From Nitrospirales bacterium (GTDB lineage Bacteria > Nitrospirota > Nitrospiria > Nitrospirales > UBA8639), in the NCBI GenBank assembly GCA_965203295.1, contig CBDBCZ010000017.1, forward strand, positions 1,600,001-1,664,000: DNA of 64,000 nucleotides, read 5' to 3'. Every line of letters begins with the position of its first letter. The first letter of the stretch is position 1. Of the stretch, positions 24,974-38,276 are shown piece after piece. The notes under the pieces were generated by a model. It searched no databases. It saw only the letters and a program-made list of their open reading frames with translations, and had not been told where the DNA came from. Position numbers and translations under genes: made by a program.

Positions 24974-25338
24974 TAGCTTCGTTCCCAGGCCCGCGCCTTT
25001 TTCGGTTGCACGAAGGAAAGTCACAGGGCCTGGTAACTAAAGTCACGTGATCAACTTACGTCATAAAACACTTCGAAAGACGGCTGCGCTTCTCTACATT
25101 TTACCGGAGACTTTCTTTCAGCGGTAAGTCTATGGTACAAATGGGCTATAAAGAAAAGCTACAAGAAGTGTAGACTCGCTACCTTCAATCGTCTGAAAAT
25201 TGCACGTGTACTCGCCCACGCTCATAATTACCTTTCTACTACCTTTCTACTCTTGGCCTCGCGCACGTGACTTTAGATCCCAGGCCCTGTGACATCTTTC
25301 GTGTAACTGAAAATGGCGCGGGCCTGGGAACGAGGCTA
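24974..25338. mobile_element. Academ(H)-like MITE
   Basis: TSD cccataggc; empty site at ~60520. Confidence 0.85.
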
Positions 25339-26018
25339 CCCATAGGCAATGTAGCTGCAAGAGATGCTGACCAATCACATTACCAAGCTTACTACGCTCC
25401 TGCTTAACAGTATTCATTGGCATAGCTGTCCGCTTGTTGCCTGCCATAGAGGTAGTTGGGGGGGGGGCTTACAGCACACTAATAAGATTGAAATGTGAAT
25501 GCACTGTTCTGATGTTGGGTTGCAGGGGCTCACAGTGCTGCATTTTCCATACAAGGAACTGAGTGTGTGTTGTTGCCACATCAGCTGTCTTCTGATTAGG
25601 ACACTATACTTGCTAGTACCGACATTACCTGTGATGTATCAGTGATTGTATGTAAGATATGTGGTATCATCTGCAAGCTATTGTGGTTTTCCGAGATATC
25701 AGAATATCACCCGGTGCTTGTAATTAAGCACATCAATCTGTCCCACTCATTTCAACCTTGCGCACCCTGCTATATATCTATATGTAAATGATTCCATGTA
25801 GCTAAAGGCAGCCTATGAGCCTGCTAGTACCCAGCAGACAATGTCCCATTGCTAGATTAATCATGGAGTCAGCAGCCCTTGGCTCCTTCTGTTATTTAGA
25901 GACTCCATGGCTAAACCAGGAAGTATTTTGCCTAGCTACATTTGCCATGCCCCTTGCTGTGCCGCTTTAGTGACATTGTAATTATCAATTGACTAGTTTC
26001 CTATGAGTAGCTGCTAGA

Positions 26019-26114
26019 CCCACAAGTGTTTTGCCAGTGTTTAAGGAGCAAGCTGCAGTATTGGTTGGTGCAGGGAGAAGATGCTGCACACAATTTTTGG
26101 AGAGCCAAAGGCTC
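26019..26114 (+). ncRNA. Candidate Sm-class small RNA module (paralogue 60851-60952)
   Basis: cccacaagtg, shortened spacer to tttaagg, aatttttgg, hairpin gagcc-aaa-ggctc. Confidence 0.35.
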
Positions 26115-29100
26115 AACTTAGTCCCTCACTATCATAAAGTAGTTGTAGGGATGGTAGTATTGTGTTACTGTTCCTACCTTTTGAGGTTGCATCCCTTCCA
26201 ATACTATTCCTTTGACTGGTTCGTTGGGTGACAGACGAGATGGATGGCGGTGTAGATGGTAGCATTTGCAAATTTGAAGTACTGTTGCATATAAGTCTAC
26301 GTACCCCAGAGGAGGTTGGAAGCAATCACATGCGCTAGTAGTGGAATACAATTAGCTATGCTGTCTGATGATGTAAAGAAAGCGTCTCGGGCTGAGAGGA
26401 GCAAAAATAGCCTCTCCGCGAGTAAGTTTAGCAGTTTTCAAAGTAAAATAGCCAGAATCTGAGTAGTAAAGCCACTACCTTACCGTATCTTTACGAAATA
26501 TTTTGCGAGCTCACTGAGAATCCACTGCATTCAGGCCCAATCTTCTGTAGTACAGCTCCATACTTGCAAGCCGAGGTTTTTGAGGGGTGTCCCCACCCGT
26601 CCCCTCAAAGTTTGTCGAGCTACGAAACGTTCTTTCGGGCAGATACCGTATACATACCTTTGCATACCTTCCGTATTCTTCTCAATGGAATGCTATTAGG
26701 TATACGTGACATTATGCATTTATTGACGTACACGTGATTGCTCATCTGAGTCTACCCTAGGGCATAGCACGTGATAAGTGGTACCAGGACTTCCCCTTCG
26801 CTTTTTCTCCATGGCTGTGAGATAAAAGCTGGGATGTGAATGACTGAGAACGAGGCTAATTGGCGTATACATTTGTATGTCAGGCGAAGTGTCTGCATCC
26901 TTGGTAGTGTTGCAAACAGAGACGTCATTCTACTGAAGGCTACTTAATAGCTTCTCCAACTATTAAATTGCTACCTGTGATCACTCTCAGAACTTCAGGT
27001 GGAGCCTGAGTGGCCAGATACTGCGGCCCAGATGCCTTTTTAAATTGTCAGCTCAATAAAATTAATGCAGACACTTCGCCTGATATACAAATGTATACGC
27101 CAATTAGCCTTGTTCTCAGTCATTCACACCCCAGCTTTTATATAGCGAAAACTGAGCCCATTACACTGTTTAATTAATTTGCTTTGTAAATTCTGTACTT
27201 TGGCTTTGTAAAATGCTGTGCAGCATTCAATATTGCTCAAATTGTACAACACATGACAATCTCACTGAATATGAGCATATGGTCGTTCCTTTGATACCCT
27301 CACTTGGTGGTACATAATGTGCATGCACACTATGGGATACGTATTAAGCTTTTTAATTAGCATAATACTTTAAGTGAAGCTCTGTAACTATGAAAGCTTA
27401 GCTCCTAAGATATTAATTTTGGTTATGCTTTCATTCAATTATACTACACATCTGGGCAGGGGCATCGGAAGCACTTTAGCATTGGTTCGGCTGAAGTGTT
27501 ATTCTCCCTCCCTCCCCACCCGAAGCTTATAAATTTTTTACCAGCCGGAGTGCACGCAGCCCGCAAACAGCTGGTCCTAAGATTGCTTTACGTTTTCCGT
27601 GTTGGTTTGTCTGTTTGTGCGTCCACACTTATCACGTGTGCAATATGTTACGTCATACATTGCTATGCAACTGCAGTATATAGCAGCTTTTAGAGGTTTG
27701 TAGGCCAAGCTACAGCAACTAAAGGTGGTTGTGTGTTGCCTAGATGGCAAAAACTTGGTAGGCAGCCATAAAGATCCTGTTTTCGTGGCATGTAGCTACT
27801 AACTGGAAGTGCACAACAAAACTACTGAGTCAGCACTTTTGCTGTACTGCGTTCGATTGTTTATCAGTTTCTGCAGAATCCCTATTGTAGTATAGTTTGT
27901 AGTTCTACAGCTGCAGTTAGCTTGGGCCTGAGCTGAGTTGTGTGTATTGTACGGGAAAGATGCCTGGCTGGTTTTTAGACATGAAATGCCAGACTTGTTA
28001 TTACACTTTTTAAGGGGTTCGGAATGGCTCTCATGGAGTCTTTACGCATCAGTACTGCCCACACGCTGTGCAGTGTCAGAGCCTTTAGCTCAAACTTCCA
28101 AAAGTAATCTCCAGATGTGAAACACCAGTCCCACAATCCCACGTGGTTTGTATACCATAGAGTAGTGTGGACAGTGTCACTTAGCTTATGTGCATAGAAA
28201 TCGTTTCAGCCCCTCCCGTTCAATAAAGGGTGGAGCCTAGACAAGGGCTCGATTGATGAAGGATTAGCACCCTGCCGTAGTCTTAACCCTTTGAGTGCGG
28301 TACTTGATTATTCATAACTTCCGCGTCACGCGGAAGCCAATTTAATGGTGGGTTGTGTAGAACATCTCATCACACAGTTCTGGAAATGTCTCTGAAACAG
28401 CACTGCACCCTAACCTTACACTATCCAAACTTTTTCCTGGTCCTGGTTCACTAGTAGCGCCTGGTATCTCTATGGGTAGGAACTAATCAAACGATGGCTG
28501 TGTTTCTCTGCATTCTACCAGAGACCCTGTTTCAGCAATAAGTCGGTGACACAAACGGGCTATGAAGATTAGCCACGGATTTGCTACCTTCACTCGTCTG
28601 AGAATTGCAGCTGTGCTCACCCCCAGTCTATACCTTTCTACTTCCTTTCTCTTTGTCCTGTGCGTGTGACTTTACTCACCAGGCACTGTGATGAGTTTTA
28701 TGTATTACTAACCAAATATGGCCTGGGCCTGGGAACGAGGCTGCGCATTCCCACTGTGCGGCTCCGCAAATACTAGACCTGCGTCCATATGAGAGTGCAA
28801 GCACTCCCAGCCCAGGCTCCACTACCTTTATTTTCATATAATGTGCTACTTACTTTCCAACATACTAAAATAGAGCTAGCAGTGGAGACTGGGAACAAAG
28901 CTAAGACTGCTGTCTTGAAGTCTAGCTGTCTGTAATAGATATAAGCTACCATATAGTGGGATTTCTTTGAGGGAGAGTAGTTTCGTAAATTTCACAGCTT
29001 TGTGACTGTACACGAAATTATTGTTCGTGAAAAATTTATCGTTAGCATTCGGCATGTATTAAGCTAGTCTCAGTGTGCTGTGATGGCACTGTACCGATAT

Positions 29101-30928
29101 GTTCCACGCGTGTAGTCAGCATTTTCTTTGCCCAGTGGTCTACGTTTAGTGGTAGTATCTGCTTCCGCCATTTCAGCTGCCCATAAAGCGGTGAAAGCCA
29201 TGCGGCCGACGCCAGCATTGGCAGTGAGACAATGAGGTAGGACAGTGCTCAGCATGGGCCGTATGACCAGTTCGAAAAAACTGCCGGAATTGGTAAAAGG
29301 GCAGCTAAGCATGACGCCTTCCCTTCTCTAAACTCAAAGATAGTAGGCATGGCCTTGCTGCAGCGGAATCGCAGAAATATTTCCACCAAGTTTTTCATTT
29401 GAATGTGCATTCTTGTGATCCACAAAATATCTCTCCCTCAAACATTATATGATAGGACTAGCTAGCTAGGTAGATGGTGTTTACAGATAGTAGACAGTGT
29501 CATTGGTGAAAACAATATGCCTGCAATTGTATCTATTGTGAGCTAGGTTAGGAAGGTCCTGTGTTCGATAATTGGAAGGGGCTTCTGGTGGCATTTTGGC
29601 TGTGGTTAGGGTAGTGAGTTGCCCCACTGTTTTGTATGTGTTTTATTGTTGTCACTATGATTGGGGTTCTGGCCACCTCACTGATATAATTGCAATGAGT
29701 GTTTGCCTGCTGGGGCCTCTAATATATATTGAATGCATGCATGAGCATGCTATTAATGTGGACAGCAACAGTTTTTGCTGACTTACTTTGCTGGATTTGT
29801 AAACTGCAAACCATGTTTTATCTTGTAAACGCATGATGACCTCGAATTTGTCAGATCTGAACAGTACTGTTGTACACAATCTCCAATGCCGTAATACCTT
29901 AAAGTAATATAGACAGTGTTACTATCACATTGAGGATCACTAAAATAGTCTGGACTACATTTGGACTATGAGCACCTATCGAGAAAAAAAAACAAGTGCT
30001 CGTAAAAAGGTGGAGCCACGTATTACAAATAAATAAATAGCAAGTATACATGCCTCTCCAATTGTAAAGTTCTAAGTTTCTCATTTCTGTGATTGTGAAG
30101 AGGTAGGGCCAGTGTTATGAAGAATAGAAAATGCTAGCATAAAGAACTGCTTTGATCAGGTACGCATACATCATGGCTGTTTTGTTTTGCTCTTTTTTGT
30201 TATGCTGCTTATGAAGGTCTTTAATCCTTTAATTCTCTTTCTTCTCTCTGGACTGACGACAAACAGATGAACAGGAGCAATTACTTAAATAACCTACTTG
30301 CATACGCATGCGGGTAACTACAGTTACAAGCTACAGTAACAACTCTACCATCAGAGGGAAAGCAGCTGCAAGTGGAATTACGCCAGGCTCAAGTATATAG
30401 TATTCATGCACCTTAATTGTAGCGTCCACCCACAAAGTGTTTTGAACAAGAGCTGCATTTTTAAGGAAGGTCCTATAGTCTCGGGTCCACTCCTTCCTGC
30501 CCTAGCTTTAATTTGTCTTGCAGCCCAGGGGGGAAGGCCTGGGAATGAGGTCGCCAGTACGTTGCAAGAGTAGATCAAAGGAATAGCCTTATTTCCTGAG
30601 CTCCTTTGATAGCCTACCACATGTTGTGATAAAAATGCTGGAGAGTGTATCCAGAGTGCTCTGCTGTATTTTCATGCAAAGAACCGAGTGTGTGCGTGTT
30701 GCCACATTGCTCTTAATCAGCTACCTTCGAATGCTCATAGCTTTTTACTGACTACAAGCCTCTCTTGGGAGCAGTACTACAAATCCACCAACACTGGCTA
30801 ATTTTGACCATCCCGTGACTCTGATAGCTAATGGTCAGTGTTGTGGTAGCATACACTACGTGAATGCAGGGCATTGTGGTGCAAGTGTGAGAAAGCTACA
30901 GTATTAGCACGTGTGATTGCATGGACTA

Positions 30929-31897
30929 CCGTAGTGACTGGTTAATAAGCGCATGCGCCTATCGTAGTCAGCGGTAAGAAACTGTGCGCTTATTAGCCGA
31001 TATGCGCTTATTAACGATAATTACGTAAGCGCTTGCTAGCGGTAATCGCGGTTCCCGGTATGAGTTATCGGTATTAGTATCGCCGTGTGGATATTGGCAA
31101 AGGCGAGCTCAAGTCTGACAGATGAAGATGGTGTGTACCTACACGAGAGTGTTGTGCGCGGCCACCATATCTATAAGAGAGTGTGGTCCCCTATTATTGG
31201 CAAGGTACTTTTACGCGAGGAGGAGAGTGAACGTAATCGGTTTGCTGTGTGCCTTTTGAAGCCTAGAGCGGTAAAAGTAGGCACGTCTCTCGAGAACTGT
31301 AGCGTAAGATTTGACACTTTTTAAGGCACGGTTGGGTTACAGGTGCTTCTGCCCGTGCCATCTCAATCTCGATCTCAAGCTCACTCACAAAAACAGTACT
31401 GACTTTGACCTTTCGGCGATTTTAGCACGTGTAACAAGCGCATGCGCCACATGTATTAAGATAAGATTCTTGGAAGATTCAACAAAAATCCTGGCAGGAT
31501 TAACTAAGATTCATGGGAGATGCATGCCAAGACCCTTTGTAGTTTCTGGGAGGATTTAGCAAGATTCATGGCTTGCCAAGATTCTTTGGGGTTTCCCAAG
31601 ATTCTGTGTGGTTTCTGGGATGATCTGGCAGGATTCTTCCAAGGAACTTTCATGATTCTTGAGAATCCCTGCCAAGAATCCTGATAAGATCTTCTCAAGA
31701 TGTGTTCCAAAACCTTGCAAGAATCTGAAAGATTCTATGCAAGAATCACATGAGATTCTTGCAAGGTTATCTTCAAGATTTTGGTAGGATCTTGTAAAAT
31801 ATTTTCAGTAGGGCAATTAACTAATACGTAGGAAGTATGCGCTTGTTATAAAACATGTGCCAAATAGCTGTGTGCGCTTATTAACCGGTCACTACAG
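30929..31897. mobile_element. TA-flanked pogo/Tc1-mariner-type element with a HIRAN fragment
   Basis: 25-bp TIR c(c/t)gtagtgac(t/c)ggttaataagcgca; absent from copy 2 (empty site ggactagttga at ~47644); HESVVRGHHIYKRVWSPIIGKVLLREEESERNRFAVCL at ~31140-31260. Confidence 0.9.
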
Positions 31898-32450
31898 TAG
31901 TTGAATTTTGTAGAAACTGAGAATTGAATGTGAACAAGATAGGAAAGTACTAGCTAAGATTCGGCCAGCCCATTTAACAAGACCACAAGACATGGCGAAC
32001 AATTTTCTCCGTAATTGAAGGCTGAAAATTTTAGGGGCAAGCGTGTGTGTAAGCCCCCTGTTGATGCGAATTGAGATTGCTGTGTGTGTGTGTTCGACGT
32101 TCTCTATCGGAAATTGACAGAGTTCACTGATGCATAACTCCAGAGCATAATAATCACGATTACCTAATAATACCGTTTGCACAACCATCCATACTCTTCT
32201 TTCCATTGATAAAGGACAGAAACAGCTACATAGGTTATAAGAAAAACACTTAAAGAACATGTAAGGATGGAATCCATAAAAAACAACCAATCATGGTACC
32301 GAAATTCTTTTACAGATTACTACATCTTTGGACATTTTTCAACCCCCCACACACCACATGCCGTCCACTACTAGCCTTGATTTCCCCTCACAAGTTGGAG
32401 AAATACGTTCTGAAGCTTACATTGCCATGCCAACCTGTTTCCAACCTCAG

Positions 32451-32600
32451 GCTCTGTGAGAAGCTCAGCAACACCGGAGTGAGTGAGATCAAAGACTTCG
32501 AGCGTCGGCCGAGATCATGACCGGCTACGTCACAACATGCTACTGGAGGGCACCTGAGATCATGCTGAACTGGATGTGCTGTGGTTAGTGTCTTGGTAGA
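32451..32600 (+). pseudogene. p38-type MAPK fragment (activation loop)
   Basis: 32517-32576 reads [20 protein letters not shown] (TGY loop; p38 has [20 protein letters not shown]); upstream KLSNTGVSEIKDF. Confidence 0.8.
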
Positions 32601-34142
32601 GGGGGTCACCAGGGTGGGCCTTTGTTAGATCTCATTAGTGGCCAGTCAAACATGCTAGTTGTGAGTAGTGTAACAGTGAGTGTCTAGGGAGTTGGCAGCA
32701 TTCCTTAGGCTACATGTAATTGTACATGCTAGCAGGAATACACTGTCTCACTTTACAAATGGACTGCTGTCTTGTAGTCTTAACTCTGGTTTACATGTAC
32801 TAGTAGTTGTGCTCGCTTTGCTCGCGCAACTACTTGGGCTTGTTGAACTCGCTCGCTCTATACAGATAGAAATGAAAAGAAGTGTCACCTCTAGTGACTT
32901 GTATGGAACATTTTGCATAATTATTGCAAGGCCCGCAATAGTGCTACTGACTGAACCACGTACATGTAGAGGCAGCTCCACGTTCAATCTTCAACTTTGC
33001 GTTAAAAATCTCCACTATAGCTAGTGTAGCTGACTGATTCCTGCCTGAGCCATGTGGAGGTAGTAACTCAAAGGACAAACTGCAAACAACTGCAGAAGGA
33101 GAGACTGCAAACAACTGCAAAGCATAACAGGAAAGCTAAGACCGAAGCCTAGCCGTAAGTGCACTGTACTAGCTCGACCCTTAGTGGATACACTTTCACA
33201 GTCATCACCACTTTTGTTGCTGAGTGTTGGGTTAGGTGGGTAGCTACTAACAGTCCTTGAAACAGGCTTGCTATTTTAGGCTTTTGCTAGCTGCAGCTCT
33301 GGGCGGTAGGACAAGCTTCATGTGCACATGTAGGTAACAGCAGGCTCAATGAATGGATATACCGGTAGGCATGGTACATGTATGCCATGTTCAGAATGTA
33401 TGCCCAAACCGTGCCTTACCTTCAGAAACAGACTCAGGCTGCTCCCAGAGACTTATCTTCAGCCCTGAGCTATATATCACTTTTGATATCACTGGAAGCA
33501 AATGCTTGACAGTCAAGAGTCACAGGCGGCCTTGTCAGGGTTACTGAACACTGTAGGTCATTTTACTACATGGCCATGACCTTCTGTGTCAAGCCATCCA
33601 CAAGCTGACAGACTGTAGCACGTGCTTGTGCATAATAGTAATGGAGCTACCGAAGAAAGTATAAATCTTTCGCATGGGAGCTTCTTGCTCCTACTCTCTT
33701 CCACTTTTCATGCGCTCCTGCAGCAGCCCATATTCAACTGGCGGTACTAGTGTTACAGTCGTTTGCTAGTGCTATTTGTGTCCCTGCTAGATAGGCTGAA
33801 GGAGCAAACTGCTTCTGATATTGCCTAAAAGACAATGAACCTGCCTCACATCGACTAGCAATGTAGTGTAAAGAGGAGTCATGTTGTTGAGGTCTCAGGT
33901 GTAGTCTGGAACGTTGCTGAGTAGCATTATAGCCACATCCCCTAGTCAGGTCTCAAGCAGCTTTCCACCTCGTGTCATTCTTCCACCTACTGCACAATGG
34001 GCTAGCCTCGTTCCCAGGCTACAATGGGCTCCATTTGCCATGACACTATGTATTGCTGTGCAGCTGTAGTGACATTGTAAGGATCAATTTGTGAATTACT
34101 AATCATAGGAAGTGTCCTATGAGTTCATTAGTAGCTGCTAGA

Positions 34143-34263
34143 CCCACAAGTGTTTTCTCAGTGACTGGGTTTATAAGGAGCAAGCTGCAGCAGAGATTTG
34201 GGATGGCTGATGCACCAAAGTGCATGAAGTAATGCACACAATTTTTGGAGAGCCAAAAGGCTC
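34143..34263 (+). ncRNA. Candidate Sm-class small RNA module (copy 49468-49593)
   Basis: cccacaagtg, tataa at +29, aatttttgg, hairpin gagcc-aaaa-ggctc. Confidence 0.4.
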
Positions 34264-35416
34264 AACTCAGTCCCTTAGAAAGTAAACTCATTATCATGAA
34301 GTAGATGTAGGGATGGCGTTTGTAAAGCATTGTGGTGCTGTTTTGTTTCTTTGGAGATTCCATCCCTGCATGTTGTTTTTTTTTTCAAATGGCTTATTCA
34401 TTGGGTGAGAGAAGAGGTAGATGGCTATGTAGATGTAGGATGTGATGGTAGAATTTGCTCATGGGAGGAACTTGAAGCCGATGTAATCAGGTAATGTCAC
34501 TGCAAGCTGTTACCGGGCACAATCATCTACTCACTACCCATGAACTGTCTATGAAATGTGTATATAATGTAATTGTAAGTGACAAAGTATCGGCACTTTC
34601 CTATTATCGGCGCCACACTGACTGATTATGGGAAATAGGCATGTGTGCACACAAGAAGTCTGCCTTGGAGTTCTTGGGAAACAAGCCTGCATGATTCTAA
34701 ATGCTAGGACAGAAAACACTACAAGGACCCAAGGACTTGTAAACCCATTTGCTGAGGTGTATGCTCTGTCTACAATGCCTTGGAACATGATCAGGCTATT
34801 CACAAATTTTATGTAGCAATGTTATTCATTGTATAATTATTATCTCGTGAACTGCTCGGGAGAGGCAAGCAAATGGAGCTAATATTAGCTCACTGTGACG
34901 GTTATCATCCACACACTGGGGAGTGGCACTTTCGGATCGTGTGCCAATGTTGTCAAACAGTATTGGCATATAGCCTCATTTCCACACCCTATCTTGTATA
35001 TCTCGCAGCGGTGGGGAAAAAGCGAGGGGGAAGGCCTGGTACCACTTATCACATGCTGTGATGTAGGGTAGACTTATATGCCCATGCAACAGTACTTACA
35101 TGCCCACTTAATAATTCAAAATTGGCATTTGTTAAGCACAGAACAACAGAAATGGCACCACCGAGGCCTGTTGACTGAGGAAGATGATCCTTCGGGCAGC
35201 GATAAGCCCACACTCATGGCAGCTAGATAAAAGGTAGGAGCATCTCTCACTGTCATGGCCTCTCACCTGCCATCAGGCCTTCTAGAACGGTCCCTTTCAG
35301 CCGTGAACAGTTGGAACTTACACAAATCGCTACCCAAAGGATTGTTTATCTCAGTCAACAGCCCTCAGTTTCAATTTGCAGTCATTCTGTGCTCAACGGA
35401 TGCCGTTTTTCATTTA

Positions 35417-35816
35417 CCACATAGCGCTTAAATTTGGTGGGTCTAAAAATAGCGAATAGCTAAATAATTTGCAAATTCATTAAACACGTACTACTGAATT
35501 TATGGGTGGGGTGTAACCGGGTGTACTGCACACAGACAGTAGCGTAGTAGTGAGTGGTGGCTAGCACTCCATGCTCCGCTGCTTGATGTCCAATTTCGGC
35601 CTTCTTCTCTATGCTCATTTTCAAGTATGCTCCCTGACCTTCGCGCTGGCAGATAGCAGTGATTTGCCTGTTTGCTGCAGAAATCGCGGACGAGGGCACT
35701 TGAAGTACCGAAACAGAAACATCTGTGTAAAGTCGAAAGCGTCAAAATTAAAAATAATTTTGCGGATTCACGAAATTTGTGAAATTAAAGACCTGTGAAA
35801 TTTAAGCGCTATGCAG
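35417..35816. mobile_element. pogo-like MITE with a transposase N-terminal HTH remnant (copy at 50763-51162)
   Basis: TIR ..catagcgcttaaattt, TA flanks; minus-strand PSSAISAAN...GAYLKMSIEKKAEIGHQAAEHGVLATTHYY. Confidence 0.75.
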
Positions 35817-37200
35817 TAGTGCATGGGCATGTAAGTACCATTGTGTGGCCATAGTGGACCGAAGTGCGTATGTGTGGAATGGTGACCGTACAGATTGCTA
35901 AGAGAGATCTGAGCCCAAATACTGACCTCACTCTGCTTCACATCACTCAGTAGTAATTGGTTCTCTCCATTGCTGTAATTAGTTGTTCCCACATGACCTG
36001 TTCATTGCATATTTCCTCTCCCCCACCCTCACAAAAAAAGCAAATAAATGTTTTCAGCAGATACATGCCCCATGCTCCTGGACTCTGCTTGGCAGCGTGA
36101 AAGACAAGTATATCGTGTTCATGTACTGCCGCAGGGCGTGACTGATCACCGCAGTAAAGGTACAGACACTTCTCTATGTATACTCCACTATGAACACATG
36201 TCAAGTGACCGCGTGTGCCTGGCCTCTGCCTTATTGGAGTTCTTCACCGTATTAAAATGGTAGACCTTACCGATATTGAATAAGATAGAGCTGGCTAGAA
36301 CCCTTAGGTCACTGTCAGGACACACACACACCTCGATTTTTTTATTTCTTTGGTTACATCCTGTTTTAAAATTGTTAGAGCCTCTAAATCGAAAATTTTT
36401 TAAGGACAGCTGTACAACAACAGCAGATTGCTCAACCCCACTGGTGTATATGGGTGCAGGGTAAAGAATGAAATAAGAAGAGGGAGAGTCTTGCACAAAT
36501 TTAGCTTTAAACTGCAGCCTTCACTGTTGAATATTCAGTTAGCTGACTACTTTCTAAGTCCCATCTACCTTCACAGACATTGGGGCTCAGGGTAGAGAGA
36601 ACACTTATTAGATCTTGTGCGTACATGTAGATCACATTGGCTAGATTGCTACCCAGAATTGGTTTGTAGTATGGAAAGAAGACAAATAATATGTGTGGAC
36701 TCTAGCCACCCCCCCCCCCCCTCCATGGCAAGTTCATGCTTACCCCCCCCCCGCTGTATAACTACCCGACATTCCTCAATTCATACCAAAGTCCTTTTGT
36801 CCAAATTTTTCCCCATGGCTACAGTATGAGGTGAAAGGCCTCGGTGTGAGGTTTACTTTAATGCTGTTCATTGAGAATTCCATGGCAAGTTCATGCTTAC
36901 ATGCATGTGTGAGTCTCTAAACTTTATGTCCGAGACGTTTTATTAACATCATCAGAAAGCATAGCTAATTGGATTCCACTATTAGTGTACATGACCGCTT
37001 CCAACCTCCTCTGGAGGCATTAACTCGTGTAAGATCATGCTTACATGTGAATCTCAAAACTTTATGCTGACCAAAACCGGAACTAGTAGTATTTGCACCA
37101 GAGCTGCAGTCTCCACTGTACAATGTAGGGCCATAATATGGCTGCAGAGCAGTTAATGGTATTTATGCACTGTAATGGATAATATTGAGAGTTTTAGCAA

Positions 37201-37321
37201 CCCACAAGTATTTTGAGCAAGTGCTGCATATATAAGGAGGAAACCTGACTCCTTGTTCTGTCCAAGGTGTCTCCTTTTTGAAATCAGCAATCTTACAATT
37301 TTTGGGGGCCTGTGATGGGCC
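37201..37321 (+). ncRNA. Candidate Sm-class small RNA module (copy 53309-53430)
   Basis: cccacaagta, tatataa at +28, aatttttgg, hairpin ggcct-gtgat-gggcc. Confidence 0.4.
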
Positions 37322-37473
37322 TATATGTGGCACCTAACCTGTTTATGTAGTCTCCAGTGGCTACACTGCGTGTAGTGGCGCTGTTGGAATTTTCCTTACA
37401 GATGTTAGCATGCTTGTGGTGTGTGTGTGCTGTTGGCAGGTTGTAGGGATGGTAGTGGTAATCCATGAAAGTT

Positions 37474-37808
37474 ATATTTGTACCATGGGTTTCAAGGTGT
37501 ATGGGATTTGTACCCGAGGGCAGTTGTATGTCTTCCCGAGGGCGAAGCCCGAGGGAAGACATACAACTGCACGAGGGTACAAATCCCATACACCTTAGAA
37601 ACCCATGGTACAGATGACTTGTGCCATAGTAGCTTTTATAGTGCCCGCTAATTGTTTCACAGTTTTGAGAAGAAGCCACAGTTGCCCAGCAACCCTCATG
37701 TACCCTAGGGTACATAGATGTACCCTGGCTTGAAAGGCACCGCCTAGTACATGGGGTTTGTACACTATGGCGGTGCCTTTCAAGTGACTGACAACTATGG
37801 TACAAGTT
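37474..37808. mobile_element. Crypton-like non-autonomous element with a long terminal hairpin
   Basis: Absent from copy 2 (~53578); flanked by 5-bp aagtt; ~140-nt hairpin centred on cgagggcgaagcccgag. Confidence 0.6.
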
Positions 37809-37819
37809 CTGTTGTGTCA

Positions 37820-38276
37820 TTACCCTGTACCGTGTATACGTGAGTGGGGTTAAGTAATCAGTTTTGTCCATCTGTCGTCATCATCTGTCACAAAAAAAAA
37901 CAACTTTCGAACGGGAGATTGAGATGCTATAATAATTACAAAGCAGGATGTAATAATTGAAATCCAACGAGTGTGTCCCTGACAATAACCAAAACGATTC
38001 TTGTCTCCGTATGTCCAACTTTTTCTTATTCAACATCGGTAAGGTCCGCCATTTTAGTATGAACAAGATTTTGAATATGACAGAGGCCAGCGTATGCAGA
38101 CTCTTGACACGTGTCCATACTAGAGTATACGTAGAGAAGCACCCATGTCATTGCTATATCAGTCACGCTTACCACTCATATACGGCGTTACATGAGCACG
38201 GTATACGGGTCCACATGCTGTTTTCAGTCTGCAGAGTTCAGGAGCGTGGGATATGTTTCTGCTAGAGACTTCTAGT
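37820..38276 (+). mobile_element. Degenerate Helentron-associated element (HINE/DINE-1-like)
   Basis: ttaccc...ggggttaa 5' hairpin, gtcy-like tract, 3' ...ctgctagagacttctagt as in the 46562 element. Confidence 0.6.

Larger units (their letters stand above)
23579..26900 (+). repeat. Older duplicated block, paralogous to ~58520-61305
   Basis: Collinear anchors (gagggtcaaacagtgtcacagctcaccgcc, accaatcacattaccaagctt, gctgcacacaatttttggagagc) with many substitutions and copy-specific MITEs. Confidence 0.85.

Noticed and set aside
32451..32600. Functional p38 MAPK gene
   Set aside because: Only remnants of two exons; DFG motif disrupted; stops and frameshifts; remaining exons absent
37293..37871. 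192-aa ORF
   Set aside because: Spans three unrelated elements and is absent as such from the duplicate copy
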